64,000 bases of DNA, from NCBI RefSeq assembly GCF_006345805.1, contig NC_042997.1, positions 94,178,001-94,242,000 on the forward strand, given 5' to 3'. Source of the DNA: Octopus sinensis (Eukaryota). The translations under genes and the position numbers were made by a program. Each line of letters begins with the position of its first letter. The stretch's first letter is position 1. The notes beneath the pieces were generated by a model. That model worked only from the letters and a program-made list of their open reading frames with translations. It made no database searches and had not been told where the DNA came from. Below are positions 1 to 13,480 of the stretch, piece after piece.

Positions 1-189
1 CTCCTGTGACCGCATCAGTGGTCCTTTGCTTTCTTCTTTCTTATTTGTGTGTCTCTCCTTACTAACGCTCAGCCATTTTGTATTTTGCATTTCTATTGTA
101 TGTGTCTTCATTTGCGCATGCGTATAAATCTATGTGTGTCTATGTTTAGTTAGTGTGTGTGTGGGGGGAGTGTCTGTAATGTTTGTATC

Positions 190-634
190 CCAATACGCAA
201 CTGGTGCTTAATTTATCGACCCTGAAAGGATGAAAGGCAAAGTCGACCTCGGCGGAATTTGAACTCAGAACGTAAAGACAGACGAAATACCTATTTCTTT
301 ACTACCCACAAGGGGCTAAACACAGAATGGACAAACAAGGACAGACAAACGGATTAAGTCGATTATATCGTCCCCAGTCCGTAACTGGTACTTATTTAAT
401 CGACTCCGAAAGTATGAAAGGCAAAGTAACCTCGGCGGAATTTGAACTCAGAATGTAGCGGCAGACGAAATACCTATTTCTTTACTACCCACAAGGGGCT
501 AAATACAGAGAGGACAAACAAGGACAGACAAACGGATAAAGTCGATTACATCGACCCCAGTGGGTAATTCAGAACGTAGCCGGAGACGAAATACAGCTAG
601 GCATTTCGCACGGCGTACTAACGTTTCTGCCAGC
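190..634 (-). mobile_element. tRNA-derived SINE, tandem composite of about 3 units, truncated by the gap
   Basis: Minus strand reads GCTGGCAGAAACGTTAG (A-box-like) and GAGTTCAAATTCC (B-box-like). The body GAAAGGATGAAAGGCAAAGTCGACCTCGGCGGAATTTGAACTCAG recurs at 6.5, 12.5, 16.3, 38.7, 52.1 and 63.5 kb. Confidence 0.85.
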
Positions 635-734
635 NNNNNNNNNNNNNNNNNNNNNNNNNNNNNNNNNNNNNNNNNNNNNNNNNNNNNNNNNNNNNNNNNN
701 NNNNNNNNNNNNNNNNNNNNNNNNNNNNNNNNNN
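635..734. other. Assembly gap (100 N)
   Basis: Run of exactly 100 N, typical of a scaffold join of unknown size. Confidence 0.99.
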
Positions 735-1488
735 ATATGTAAGTATATGAATATATGTATATATATTCCGCACACATATATATGTTTGGATTTGTATGTG
801 TGTATAGATGTATACAAATTTATATGTGGCTTCTGGAGTATGACTGTCTTTACGACATAGTAAACAGCGGCGAGCGGTCGTGCGATCACAAAGCCGGAGA
901 TAATGCAAAAAAAAAAAACAAAAACGAAAGAAATAAACAAAAACTAAAAAATAAAATCTATGAAAGAAGACACCAATGAAATGATGCAATCAAATTTCGA
1001 ATCAGTTATGGAGCCCCGCTCAGAGCACCACAAACAGCCTAAAAAAAAAGAAAATGACAAATACAGATAAAGCTGATGGTGATATAAAAAGTGTAATTAT
1101 AAATATATGTCTGTCTAAGTGCGTCCATGTTTTAAGCTGTGTTAGATATATCTACAAGTTACAAACAGAAAATGTATTATTACACAAAAATATGTATAAC
1201 TGTATTTGTCCGTTCATCAGTTGAAAAGCATAACGTACTTACATTTATAGACGCACATCAGCACGTCCATAAAACACGCACACATATACATACATGGACA
1301 TACATAGACACATGCTCACATACATATGTACGTATAGAGAGAAGCCTTTCATACGTGCACAGTTAATTATAAAATTGATTTAATTAGGCGAATGCAATAA
1401 TTAAATTACATTGTACTTCTAGATATATGTATTCATGAATGTGTGTACACAAACTCACACATGCACACACATATGCACTTATGTATGT

Positions 1489-1533
<45 letters not shown>

Positions 1534-2142
1534 AAAAACAGGCTTTCGTTGAAAGGATTTTCTTTACATTGTGGAGTTGTAGTGAAAAAATATATAATAA
1601 AAAGAGGAAATGCATATATATGTAATATAATATATATATATATATATATATAATATATATATATCTCATCCATAATCCATCCATCCATCCATCCATCCAT
1701 CCACACACACACACACATACACACACACACACCTATATATATAAGGAAAATAACACAAGGTAGAAAATGTTGAAATAATTTTATCATGAAATACATTTTG
1801 TGACGGTTAGTACTGTTCTCAGTCTTTTCGATTTATTCAATTAAGCGTAAAACAAAGGTGGATACTAATCAAGAAAAAAAGAAATTAAATTGAAGAAAAA
1901 AATTAAATGAACTGTTTTGCAAATATTTCCATAGTCTTGATATATGTAAGACATTTTCTTTTTTTCTATCTCCCTCTCTTTTCCTTTGTGAAGCCTCGAT
2001 AGGAAATAGAACTGAAAAAATAGCGTTTATGTGTGCAGAGAAATATTTGGTTCTGAAGTTTGATGGTCTAAGCAGGCTGCAAGTATGCTGCGCATGCAAG
2101 ACTCCAGGAGTTCCAACAAAACCTGAGATAAAAAGAAATAAA

Positions 2143-2175
<33 letters not shown>

Positions 2176-2619
2176 GATATTTGTTATTGACTACAATGGT
2201 CCGGGTCATTGAGGAGAATAACAACAATTTTTTCTGTCATAGGCAATAATATTTGGTGGGGGTGGGGAAAATTGTTTATCGATTCAATGACCCAGTACTT
2301 GATACTTTATTTTATCGAATTACAGAGAAACCTAATTCAACAATTTTACCTTCACTGCTCAGCATATATTTTGTTATAACAATCAATTTGATTACCTGAA
2401 CATCGGCTGACGAGCATACTTGTCAACATTCAAATCCATACTAGTTATCGATGTTTAGCAGAATCTATGGCTTTTAAACACTCACTACATTCTATCACTG
2501 TTTTGTTCGATTACTTTCAACAGATTCAACAGATTTAGCCGCAACCATTCAACAGGTTTAGCCGCAACCACATCTTCTCGTATTATGTTTAAGTTTTTCA
2601 TTTCTATATAAGTTTTTGA

Positions 2620-2995
2620 ATTATTTTAAACTTATATTTCGATGCATGGAATCTTACAGTCACCCCTTGATAATTGTTTCATTCAAGAAACAAAAATAGC
2701 TAAGATCTTTCATCATAGTATCATTAGTGGTAATTGAAATTTGCTTTTGTTGAATGATCTTTTAATCAAAGTTTTAATAGATTCTCCATTTTAACCATTA
2801 ATCAACTTCCATTATTTAGAAGCCGCGTTACCTTGAGCAAATTCATCATTAATTTAGTCCAAATATTTGTATTGTTGACTCATCAAAAAAGTCAAAATCA
2901 TCCAATCGTAATTTCTGCTGCAATCACCATCAAACAGATTAATAATTACAAGTTTAGTGTTTAAAGTAATACATTTTCTTCTTTCATTACGTTGT
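2620..2995 (-). pseudogene. Tigger/pogo-like transposase relic (CENP-B-type HTH region)
   Basis: Minus-strand translations ERRKCITLNTKLVIINL, LMVKMENLLKL*LKD and RFHASK resemble Tigger N-terminal motifs (RKxITLExKL, EMEKLLxxW, FxASxGW). Stops and frameshifts present. Confidence 0.5.
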
Positions 2996-3357
2996 ATTGC
3001 AGTATGTAAGAGTAGTGTTACTCCTACATACTGCAAATAGTTAGCAAGTTTGCGTCGCAACTACAGTGTTCCAGATTTGATGCTGCTGCGCGGCATCTTG
3101 GGCCTGTGTAATTTTCCATGGCTTCGAATCGACCCATAACTGTTAAGTAAAGAATCGCGTTTGTAGAATTCTGCTTGTTATTCAAAAGCAATAGCCTTCT
3201 CACACGGTGTGTCATGCTTATTTTGCTACTACATCCTAATTCCTGAGCTGGTAATTCAGTTAACTGAACACCTAAATCCTCATTGTTAGAAGACAGGAAT
3301 ACATAACCACCATCAACACCAAAATCAATAGCACGATTACCATCGCCGCCATCATTA

Positions 3358-3835
3358 CCTCAACATTCAATTTTAGAGATGCTTACTTAATGGAATCTTA
3401 CGCAATTCCTCTTGTCGGATATGTTGACGGTGGTTTCTTGCAGGTTGGCAGAAGGAATTATTTGTTTCGCCAATGTTATTTTCTTTGCAGTTTGGGCAGG
3501 TAATGCAGCATATGAGGTTTTGCGTTTTGCAGTTCATATCTGCATTTATTTTGAAATTGGATCCGCTCTTGAATTTTATGTGGGAACCATTTTCTAATTA
3601 TTTAAAATTGTTGTTGATGCATGTTCCACATCTCCTATCACCACATTCTTTTACTAAGAATTCTGATTCATTCTCCGATTTGAATTCTGCTCTTTTTGGT
3701 TGGCATCTACTCTTCTGTAAGTGTTTTTTTTCAATCAGATATTTCAATTTTATAGCATGAAAGATGTTCGTTATTCCAGGAATGTGTGTGTTAAGGAACG
3801 GAATCGTGTTTTAATTAACTTTTTTTCCTTAGGTG
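3358..3835 (-). mobile_element. Penelope-like element GIY-YIG endonuclease relic
   Basis: Minus strand gives KECGDRRCGTC...MNCKTQNLICCITCPNCKENNIGETNN...HRQHIRQEELRKIPLSKH, the Cys-rich GIY-YIG pattern of PLEs. It then jumps by deletion to a PKLNV-like end. Confidence 0.8.
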
Positions 3836-3839
3836 TCCG

Positions 3840-4400
3840 TAATAATTCCCTCTACCAACGTGCAAGAATCCACAGGCAACATATCCGACAAGAGGTATTG
3901 CGCAAGATTCCATTAAGTAAGCATCTGGAAATATGCAGCGACAGAAAATTCAAATTGTTTCCCTTTTACAAATGTGCACGGGACGATCGGCAATACCGAA
4001 AAGCAATGGAACTACATTTCATGAAAAATTTCTCTCCAAAACTGAATGTCTGAAAGAAAAGTGGAGACAGTACATTTTGTATTCTAAAATATAACTCAAA
4101 TATTGGAAACATAATGCTCAACTCTATAAATATTCAGAACTACATGTCATCAAAACATTCTCTCCAAAATTGAATGTTTGAAAGAAAGCGGAGAAAGCAC
4201 AGTTTATATTCTAAATATAACTCAGAGGAGAAAAAGAAAGAAAGAGGGAAGAAGACGGAAAGAGGAGAAGGGGGAAAAAAAGAAAAAGGGGAAAAGAAAA
4301 GAAGGGAGGAAAAGAGAAAAAGAGAGAGAAAGTAAAAAAACTTTCAGTGATGACTACACCATACCTGTTTCATTTTCTTTTTTTCTTTTACTTGAAGAGG
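3840..4400 (+). mobile_element. Penelope-like element 3' end plus pLTR-like region with about 128-bp tandem sub-repeat
   Basis: YQRARIHRQHIRQEVLRKIPLSKHLEIC...ELHFMKNFSPKLNV* (stop at 4053). The segment around TTCTCTCCAAAA(C/T)TGAATGT is repeated at about 4012-4100 and 4140-4222, and the same family occurs inverted at 25.7-25.9 and 26.65-26.74 kb. Confidence 0.75.
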
Positions 4401-5070
4401 TCATCATCCTTAAACCCATTTCAACACAATGGTAAATGACTAAATGCATAAATGAACGGTGAATAGGAAGGGGATCCCCTTCCCCTCCTCTCTCTCCCTC
4501 TCCCTATCTATCAACCTACCTATCTTTCTATCTATCTCCATTGTCATGGAACCTCACCCCAAAAGACAAAAACAATGTTCTCATTTATTAACCTCCCCTC
4601 CCAAATATCTGTTTATTATAAATGAACAAGCTGTTTGTACATTCACAAAATTCTATTTGACAAATTGGAGAAGCGAACGAAAGCGCTAATTAATAATGAA
4701 TAAATAAAAAGATCTTTTTCCAAAATTCTGGCGACCTTTATTCTCAGACTATATATAAATCATTTATAATGTATATAGTAAATTAGAAGGCCAAGAACAA
4801 CACTAATGTAATATTTTGTCTCAGGCAAATTTCATTTAAGAGATATCGTGTATTAACAACAGAGTGTAATCCGAATGGTATCGGAGGTTCGTCGGGCACC
4901 TGTGTTTTAGCCTGATTACGTCTCCTCAGTGGCGAACAATCCTGGAATATTCCCCTACCTTACATTTCGGTGTATTAATCAGAAAACAAAACCTTCTCTG
5001 ATTTGTACTGAAGATAACCAGGCTGAACTTGATTCAGTTTATACGATTGAAAGTTCATTAAATCAAAATA

Positions 5071-5155
<85 letters not shown>

Positions 5156-5399
5156 TTAAAATAAGTATGCAAGCGCAGAACAGTGTTAGCTGTAACTCGT
5201 TGAAATAAATTACTTGAGAGACTTTGTATGTAAAGAACTCATTATAATTATGTTTAAATATTGTTTGATTGACTTTACAAGCTTAATTTTCAGAAGCTAA
5301 CTTGTTTTAATTGTTTTGACCCCCTTCAATCATAAATGACCATAGGATTCTACCTAGAAAGTTACCCCCCGAGGCAAGGTTGTTTATGGCAACCTAACA

Positions 5400-5853
5400 A
5401 CCCGAAGTCCGGGCAAGGTTGTTTATGGAAGACCAGCAGTCGCCCACGCATACCAGCCTCCTCTCTCCACGCCACCGATGTTATCCAAGGGAAAGGCAAA
5501 GGTCGATACAGCTTGGCACCAGTAACGTTGCAGCTCATTTATTAACGTGCAAGTGACTGAGCACTCCAGAGACACGTGTACCCTTAATGTAGTTCTCGGG
5601 GAGATTCAGCGTTACACAGTGTGTGACAAGGCTGGCCCTTTGAAATACAAGCACAACAGAAACAGGAAGACAGTGTGAGAGAAAGTTGTGGTGAAAGAGT
5701 ACAGCAGGGTTCACCACCACCCCCTGCCGGAGCCTCGTGTAGCTTTAAGTGTTTTCGCTCAATAAACACTCACAATGCCCGGTTTGTGAATCGAATCCGC
5801 GATCCTACGACCGCGAATCCGTTGCCCTAACCACCTGGCCATTGCGCCTACAC
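5400..5853 (-). mobile_element. tRNA-derived SINE, second family (tRNA-Arg-like head)
   Basis: Minus-strand head GGCGCAATGGCCAGGTGGTTAGGGCAACGGATTCGCGGTCGTAGGATCGCGGATTCGATTC has A/B boxes. The body is shared with 37.7-37.95 and 62.4-62.65 kb. Confidence 0.75.
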
Positions 5854-5964
5854 ACTTGATTTAATATAGTCTGGATAACAGCGAACTGTATATTTTGCTA
5901 CTTCGTGCCAATAAACATTGTGTGCGTATGCTTTTGTTTGTATATATGTCTCTGTGTATGTGTG

Positions 5965-6010
<46 letters not shown>

Positions 6011-6472
6011 GTTGCCTAAGTCTTTCTTTTCCGCCTTATCGATTTGTTAAAAAATTTAAAAAGCGGAGACGTGAAAACCCCGTCGAAGTGATTAATAAAC
6101 TGTGCGCCATTAAATGTATAGAGACCAACCATCAGGAAATGTTACGTTATTGCCTACAAATGACTCAGCAATATGAAACAATACATACACACATGTATGT
6201 TGATGAAGGGTAACCTCGCTTTTTAATGATCAGATCTTAGGTTCGACCCCGCAGCATAGCATTTTAATGAAGCGTCTTTTCCCTCTCGAACGAAAAAGTG
6301 AATAAAAAAGCAGATATATAACTTTTCCAGAGTAACTGCGTTGACAAAACTCTGTGGAATCCCTGTTACATGTTATGATAATTTGGTGAAAAATTATTAC
6401 ATTAACGTTGCACGTGACTATGAAATGCTCGGCCGTATGCATGTTCATTTATCGAATAGACAGTTTTATTCA

Positions 6473-6880
6473 AGGCGATGAGCTGACAGAAACGTTAGCA
6501 CGCCGGGCGAAATGCGTAGCCGTATTTCATCTGCCGTTACGTTCTGAGTTCAAATTCCACCGAGGTCGACTTTGCCTTTCATCCTTTCGGGGTCGATTAA
6601 ATAAATACCAGTTATGCACTGGGGGTCGATATAATCGTCTTAATCCGTTTCTCTGTCCTTGTTTGTCCTCTCTGTGTTTAGCCCCTTGTGGGTAGTAAAG
6701 AAATAGAAATAGGTATTTCGTCTGTCTTTACGTTTTCAGTTCAAATTCCGCCGATGTCGACTTGCCTTTCATCCTTTCGGAATCGATAAATTAAGTATCA
6801 GTTGTGCACTGGGGGACGATCTAATCGACATTACCCCTCCCCCAAAATTTCGGGCCTTGTGCGTAGAGAAAAGAAAGAAT
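6473..6880 (+). mobile_element. tRNA-derived SINE, two-unit composite
   Basis: GAGCTGACAGAAACGTTAGCACGCCGGGCGAAATG...GAGTTCAAATTCC; same family as 190-634. Confidence 0.85.
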
Positions 6881-7531
6881 AGATAGTTTCTTCATCGAAC
6901 AACTAAATGTTCATCGTTGGAAACATTTGGAGAACAATGTTCATACATACATTTTATATAAATGCTTTAATTTAATTTTCAATCACTTCAGATTCATCTA
7001 AAACTATTAACTTCAAATGAATTACGATTATTATGCACAATATAATTCTATTAAATACAAAACATTGATACGCAGATTCAAACCTATCATACATCATATA
7101 AATAAAATTACGATTAAAATATATAGATAAATATTCTTTTATTTTCGAAAATATATTTATAGTATCTTTATTATCTTAAATATTCTAATTTAACTTTCGT
7201 AGAAATTTTATTAAATATATCTCCAACTTAAAAGAGCAAGAATACTTATAGTTTCAATGTATACTTTGAAGTGGAGTAAGCAGTAATCGGACGGGATATA
7301 AAACAAAAATCTTTCTCACCGAATGATATCTATCGTTATTAGATATGAAAGAAGTGTAGAAATGAACTATAGCAGAGGATGTGTATTTTCGGATCTTCAA
7401 TCACCCCTACACAGTGCAATCACGATCGCGCGCGCACACACAGGCATAGACACACATTCACATATATATACACACATGTGTATGTATATATCTATCTATT
7501 CATACTTGCATCTCTCTCTCTCTCTTTCTCT

Positions 7532-7599
<68 letters not shown>

Positions 7600-7854
7600 C
7601 ACACGCAATAAACACAATATTTTTGCCTGACAAGAAACAGAACGTGTTCTCGTAGATGCAGACATATTATGTCTGTTGCTTTTCAGTGGGAAGCTTCTGA
7701 TCTAAAAACCAAAAACACTCATACGACTATTCTGACATATTCTTTCCATATGAACTGATTTAAAAATGACTTTTAGGCTTCAGATTTTGACGCTGACACA
7801 CCCAATCTTCTCAATCTGTATATATATTATATATATATATAAAAACACAAATTA

Positions 7855-7899
<45 letters not shown>

Positions 7900-7945
7900 T
7901 ATACATGCACACACACGCACTCACACACACATAAATAGATAGATA

Positions 7946-8015
<70 letters not shown>

Positions 8016-8689
8016 CACATGTATGTATATATATATATATTATATACATACACACACATGTATATATGTATATGTGTACACGTACACCTGTATACATAAA
8101 TATATGTATATATAATTATATCATATTAAAAAATGTCAGAATAGTCACAGAAATGCATTGTATTTTAAAACCAGTGTTTTCTCTATTGACATGTATGAAT
8201 AAATGAGTCGTAAAATCCAAATGTTAGTCCAGCATTCCACTGACACATGGTGACAGATAATATTTCTGAAACATCAAATAAACATACAATATTCGTTTGT
8301 GATGCTTTTTATCAGTTCGACATTCTTGTCTAACACGACGTTAACAAATCATCCCTGTTTTACTAAAAGTATTCGAATATCTACGTAAATGTAGAAGTGT
8401 GCTTTGTAGCACATTATTTGTGGGTTTCATATCATATACGCTTTGTTCAGTCATCGTATATGTGACTAGCTATATCAATCTACTATACATTGTTAAGGAT
8501 TCTATTTCCATTTTCGTGCACTACAATATATATCAAACATAAAAGTTCCTCAATTCTATAAATAAAACACTACATTTAATAAAAGAATAAAAGTCTGTAA
8601 GTTATAATACAAAAGCACGCAATTTAAAACGCAACAATTCTCATGTACTGTTAGAACTATTATTATTAATCTGAAAACTATTATATGCT

Positions 8690-8965
8690 AGATCAGCAGG
8701 GACGCTGTGTTGTGGTTTGGTGAAAAGGAATATTTTCAAACCTCATGAATCTAAATTGGGATTCTTGCAGAATACAGGACAGCTGTTTTCTGCAGGTAGA
8801 CAATGGGAGGCTCTATTCCAATATATTTAATCCCCTTAAGTAACAATTTGGGAGATGTAACAAGTGCACATATTACGACACGCATAATTGTCAACTTTGT
8901 CCTTCACAATCCCTTAATATTTTTGGCTAGGTCCTGATATTTGTGACTTTGTTTTCAATTGATTT
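8690..8965 (-). mobile_element. R4/Dong-like RLE LINE 3' fragment
   Basis: Minus strand KYQDLAKNIKGL*RTKLTIMRVVICALVTSPKLLLKGIKYIGIEPPIVYLQKTAVLYSARI matches the KYxDL...PVVIGALG...LQKTALLGTARI C-terminus of RLE elements. Confidence 0.7.
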
Positions 8966-9839
8966 GATATCCATTCGTTTAACATGATCTTGCTTCATTC
9001 GTTGTTTTTTCTTCCTCCATTGACCCTTGGTTCATCATAACTTTGTAATTCTACACTGGTTAGTGGTAAGCAGAAACGCAATTTGAAACAATGTTATCGA
9101 AAGGTGTTTATATGAAAAAGAGATCATAAAAGTGTTGTCAAAATATAAAGCTATGTCGGAGCCTTGTAGTTTCTTCGAAAATATAACAAAGACGTAATGG
9201 TATCTAGACTGGTGTTTTAGATTTCACATCCCAGTTGTTCACTAGTGAAAGAAAGTTAAGCGTGAAAGATTTCTGCCCAAAGGATGTAGAAACGCAGAGA
9301 AAAAGAGAAAGAAACAGCGATCAGCGTCTGCAAACTAAGAAACAACAACAGCAAATTACTGACAATGTTGTTTTTAGAGCACCAGTAGTTGCATCATTGG
9401 TTGCAATTACTAGGATCATAAAAGAAATCACTGCGTCATCAATGTGAGAAGCCAATATCCATGAGTCGTCTACTCCGGTCTCGGTTATTCGTGTGACCTC
9501 TTTGTCTTGCAATAATGCAGAAGATATGGAGGACGAACAGGAGCGAAAAATGACAAGGGTATTTTCTCATTTTTCTAGTCTATCCACTGATAGACTAGAA
9601 AAATGGGAAAGAACCCGAAACGACGATTGCATCATAAAGGAAAACGCGTAGAACGTACGCAGTAAAACTTCTTTCCACGTAAAAATGTTAGAAGCGTATT
9701 GTGTATCGTATACCGAACACTCATGTGATGGATATTTTTTGTGGAAATAAGTAACACATTTAAATATATTGCATTATGTATCCAGCAATTTTTCATTTAA
9801 TAACGTCTATATAGCTGCACAGTTTTTTGTATAACATTT

Positions 9840-10790
9840 GCATCACTTTTTATACGTATAAATGGGCTGCTGCGGCAAAATATTGAAATATTCTCAGGTT
9901 TCCATATTTGTCGGCCTTTTCTTTTTCTTTCATGACAGCATGTTGATCTCCAGACACTCTTGCTGGTCCCTATTAAAAGATGCTATATCCGGTTTTTGGT
10001 GGTCTAATATCTTGACTGCCTGGAAGTCAAAGTCCCAGATAAGCTTTTTTATCCCGTTTTTGTCCATAGTCTTTTCCGGTGTATGTTAATACCAAACGCC
10101 TGTCATGTCACATCCATACTTCTGACACAGTAGACAGTGAAGGTTTAGGGCTACTTTGTCGTGTCTGCGCTTGTACTCTTTCTTTGCAAGACTATCACCA
10201 GCGCTAACGATGTGAGTCAGGTTTTCGACCTTCTTTCCATACACCCTGCAGAGGTTCGTTGCCAAGGTGGTCATTGGATCATTTCCGGAATACATTTTGT
10301 TATACTGGAAATAGATTGTTTTCCGCAAGGAACGTATATATTTTCCTTGCGAGGATATTAGTTAATATTTTCAATAAGAAGTTAAAACAAGTAATGGGCC
10401 GGTAATTGCCGGCCTCATTTCCCTTTCCCCGATCTTTAGTTGATAAGATTTTTTCCTCCGCTATCCATTCCAGAATAACACACTTCTGTAATCAATCGAC
10501 ATAGTTGCAAATCATTTCGTTCGTGTATCCGAAATCCAGTACCTTGAGGCTCCAAGGGCGGGTTATGAATCCATAACAAATGAAAAGGTAATTGCACATG
10601 TTCGAAACTGCCAAACTGGAGAGCAGCAGGGCCAGTTGGAATCTAAAGCTACTGACTCAAGTCCGCCTGGTTTCCTCCCTATTTTTTCGACCAGTTCACC
10701 AACTAAAATTGAAGTGGATCTAAACAAGTCTTTTTTCCGATAGATCTTTCGCTGCAACTGGAAACGTAGAAAATAAAGGTAGTGCAACCT
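9840..10790 (-). mobile_element. R4-like RLE LINE relic with large internal deletion
   Basis: GNYRPITC (start of RT) lies about 150 bp from LCRVYGKKVENLTHIVSAGDSLAKKEYKRRHDKVALNLH (CCHC region), which is followed by LIWDFDFQ...KPDI (RLE). Most of the RT is missing. Confidence 0.8.
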
Positions 10791-11379
10791 CTCCCTTCAT
10801 TAACAAAGACCGTAAACAAGAAAAAGAAAAGAAAAGAAAGAAAGGTGAGAGCAGCACCAGCAACTGGTGATGCAAGTCAAAGCGAGATGAGGGGTAGGTA
10901 CGAGTTGCATGAAATAGAAAGCACGTGATATAGATCCACTAAGAAAGGAAGTGTCACCTTACCCAAAGATTTTATTCCAGAGACTGCTAAGTGGATGGGG
11001 ATGTCGATCTATTTCACGAGATAAATGGATAAACAAAATTGGAATTTCTTCCATATGTTATCGAATGATGAATTAGGAAAAATTCTGGTCAATTAGTGAC
11101 ATAAAGCAAGCTCCTCGAAGTTGCAAGTTGGATGGAGGTGTTTATCTGGTATTTAATATTGAAGCTGACGACAGAAGACAAGGCGTTGTCATTTGCAAGT
11201 CTTCCTACGGTATGCTGACATTGTGTATAGACAGCAGAACTATAAAGAATATGGCCAAGTACATTAATGGATATGTGGACCATTGACTCCTTGTTATTTT
11301 TGCGACTTAGTACAGAGAAGTGTTGTTACATGGAGAACAAGGCCATAATTATCCCTCAAGTCTACATGGCTAACCTGTA

Positions 11380-12030
11380 GTTTTATTGATTAAAGGGTCG
11401 AATTTGATGAAACCCCAAAGAAGAGTTGATTTTTCAACGGTCATATCAGCATTATGCTAAGCTAAGTGTCTTCGTTCACGACCAAAACTAATAATCTTTT
11501 CGTAATCTTTTTGTATCACTCGTATCAGGATCTCTGAATAATACTCGCTGTCTTTATAAGAGAGCCACTAACATGTTTTTGTAGTATCCCTCTTCAGGTA
11601 CGCAAGAAAAGGTTCCAGTGAAGAATCAATACTAGAAGATCAAACTAAAGATCGCTGAAAGTCTGCTTCTCCGTCATGTCTTTCAGAAAATGGATTATAT
11701 TTCTATGGAAACGGTAGTCAACACATGATACTCGTAAAAGATGACGGGTGTTTAATTGAAAAAGACGATGGCAAATATCAATTCTTACAACCACGTTAAC
11801 CACACCGTTCTTTACGTCAATACTGCTGTTTGAGATGACGCTTTCAAGATTGCCTACCGCCAACAGACTACATAGAGATCAAATAAACTTCTTACAGTGC
11901 TATCAAAGAATACTTGGTGACGAAAGATAAGAGACTCTAGAGAGAACTAGATTATCTTTCAGCACCTACGCAACCTTGCTATCTCGATATAATTTCTGTT
12001 TTTCCAGGAAATTGCACGCTATAAGCATAG
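11380..12030 (+). mobile_element. Possible highly decayed Penelope-like relic
   Basis: Weak motifs only: RYARKGSSEE...LSENG and VTKDK...LSAPT. Confidence 0.2.
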
Positions 12031-12116
12031 TACAGAATATATGAAAACATATTTTCTTAATTCTAATACTTTCCTGAACTTGTGACTTGATTAAAATTTT
12101 GTTCCGTTTTAGGAGT

Positions 12117-12150
12117 AATAATAATAATAATAATAATAATGATAATAATG

Positions 12151-12220
<70 letters not shown>
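12117..12220 (+). repeat. (AAT)n microsatellite
   Basis: Near-perfect AAT run; further (AAT)n tracts at about 12436-12465, 12834-12871, 13420-13477 and 19697-19750. Confidence 0.97.
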
Positions 12221-12222
<2 letters not shown>

Positions 12223-12435
12223 TTCAGACAAATACATAACAAAAACACCAGGACTTACAAACACATATAACATACAGAAAATTGCACTACTAGGCACTGC
12301 ACACATCCTACGCAGAACACTTTCCATACAATAACCATCAGAGCATCACAACAAATCACAGCACATACCCAAGGCACACAGAGCTGTGCTCGGTAGTGAA
12401 GTGAAAGCACGCTATAAAAATAAAACTACTGAATC
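12221..12435 (+). mobile_element. R4/Dong-like LINE 3' end within (AAT)n
   Basis: KYITKTPGLTNTYNIQKIALLGTAHILRRTLSIQ*, then a short 3' UTR and an (AAT)n tail. Confidence 0.8.
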
Positions 12436-12465
12436 ATAATAATAATAATAATAATAATAATGATA

Positions 12466-12833
12466 ATGCCTTTGTGGGGAGAGGGCTAATCGATTACATT
12501 GACGCCAGTGTTTAACTGGTACTTTATTTATCGCCTCCCCCCAAAGGATGAAAACGAAAGTCGACCTCGGCGAAATTTGAGCTCATAACGTAGTGACAGA
12601 CGAACTACCTATTTCTTTACTACCCACAAGGGGCTAAACCCAGAGAGGACTAACAAGGACAGACAAACGGATTAAGTCGATTATATCGACCCCAGCGCGT
12701 AACTGGAACTTATTTAATCGACTCCGAAAGGATGAAAGGCAAAGTTGACCTCGGCAGAATTTGAACTCAGAACGTAGCGGCAGACGAAATATGGCAAAGA
12801 ATTTCACCCGGCGTGCTAACGTTTCTGCCAGCT
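12466..12833 (-). mobile_element. tRNA-derived SINE composite
   Basis: Same family as 190-634; flanked by (AAT)n on both sides. Confidence 0.85.
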
Positions 12834-12834
12834 C

Positions 12835-12871
<37 letters not shown>

Positions 12872-12873
<2 letters not shown>

Positions 12874-13419
12874 GTCCTGATGCAGTACCAGGCAGTGGGT
12901 TTCTCATCTTAACTGATTGGAAGTGTTATCATGTACATTGTTTTGTCTTGGTGTAAAAGATGGGCTACAGTAAACATTCTGCTCAATACCACAGATTTGC
13001 TTGTCAGTTGTTTGACCTTAACCAGTTGAGTATATCCCTTAGTGGCTGACGATATATGTATCTCTGATCACGAGCAGAAGTAGTGGGAGAGCATCATAGC
13101 CATGTGTTGAGAGGGATTCTTTGAGGTTTGAATAATTCAACTCTGGAAACATGGGTGGTTCATTCAATATCCTTAAACAACCCTTATTCAGGAACCTTTT
13201 GAACAGGATGGGTTACTCGACCAGAAGAAAATTCTAACTGGGCCCCACCTGCAAGGTCATGTGCTGTTTATCTTGATATGAGATCACCATGTCGCGCACA
13301 TATGGTTGTGATGCATGTGCCTAGAGTACCCTTATCAAACGGGTGGTCATGATGGGTAGACTGTGCTTCGTATATTTTACACCAGCGTCATTTTGATGGC
13401 ATGCACTGCTCTCTCACTC
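12872..13419. repeat. About 550-bp dispersed repeat of unknown class, copy 1
   Basis: Highly similar to 19749-20265 over about 500 bp; both copies abut (AAT)n; no ORF recognised. Confidence 0.85.
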
Positions 13420-13432
13420 AATAATAATAATA

Positions 13433-13480
<48 letters not shown>

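Noticed and set aside
190-634. Regularly spaced direct repeats that could resemble a CRISPR array
   Set aside because: Tandem SINE units with non-unique spacers, in eukaryotic context with no cas genes.
5760-5853. tRNA-like sequence with A and B boxes
   Set aside because: Continuous with a SINE body and lacks a proper acceptor stem; SINE head, not a tRNA gene.
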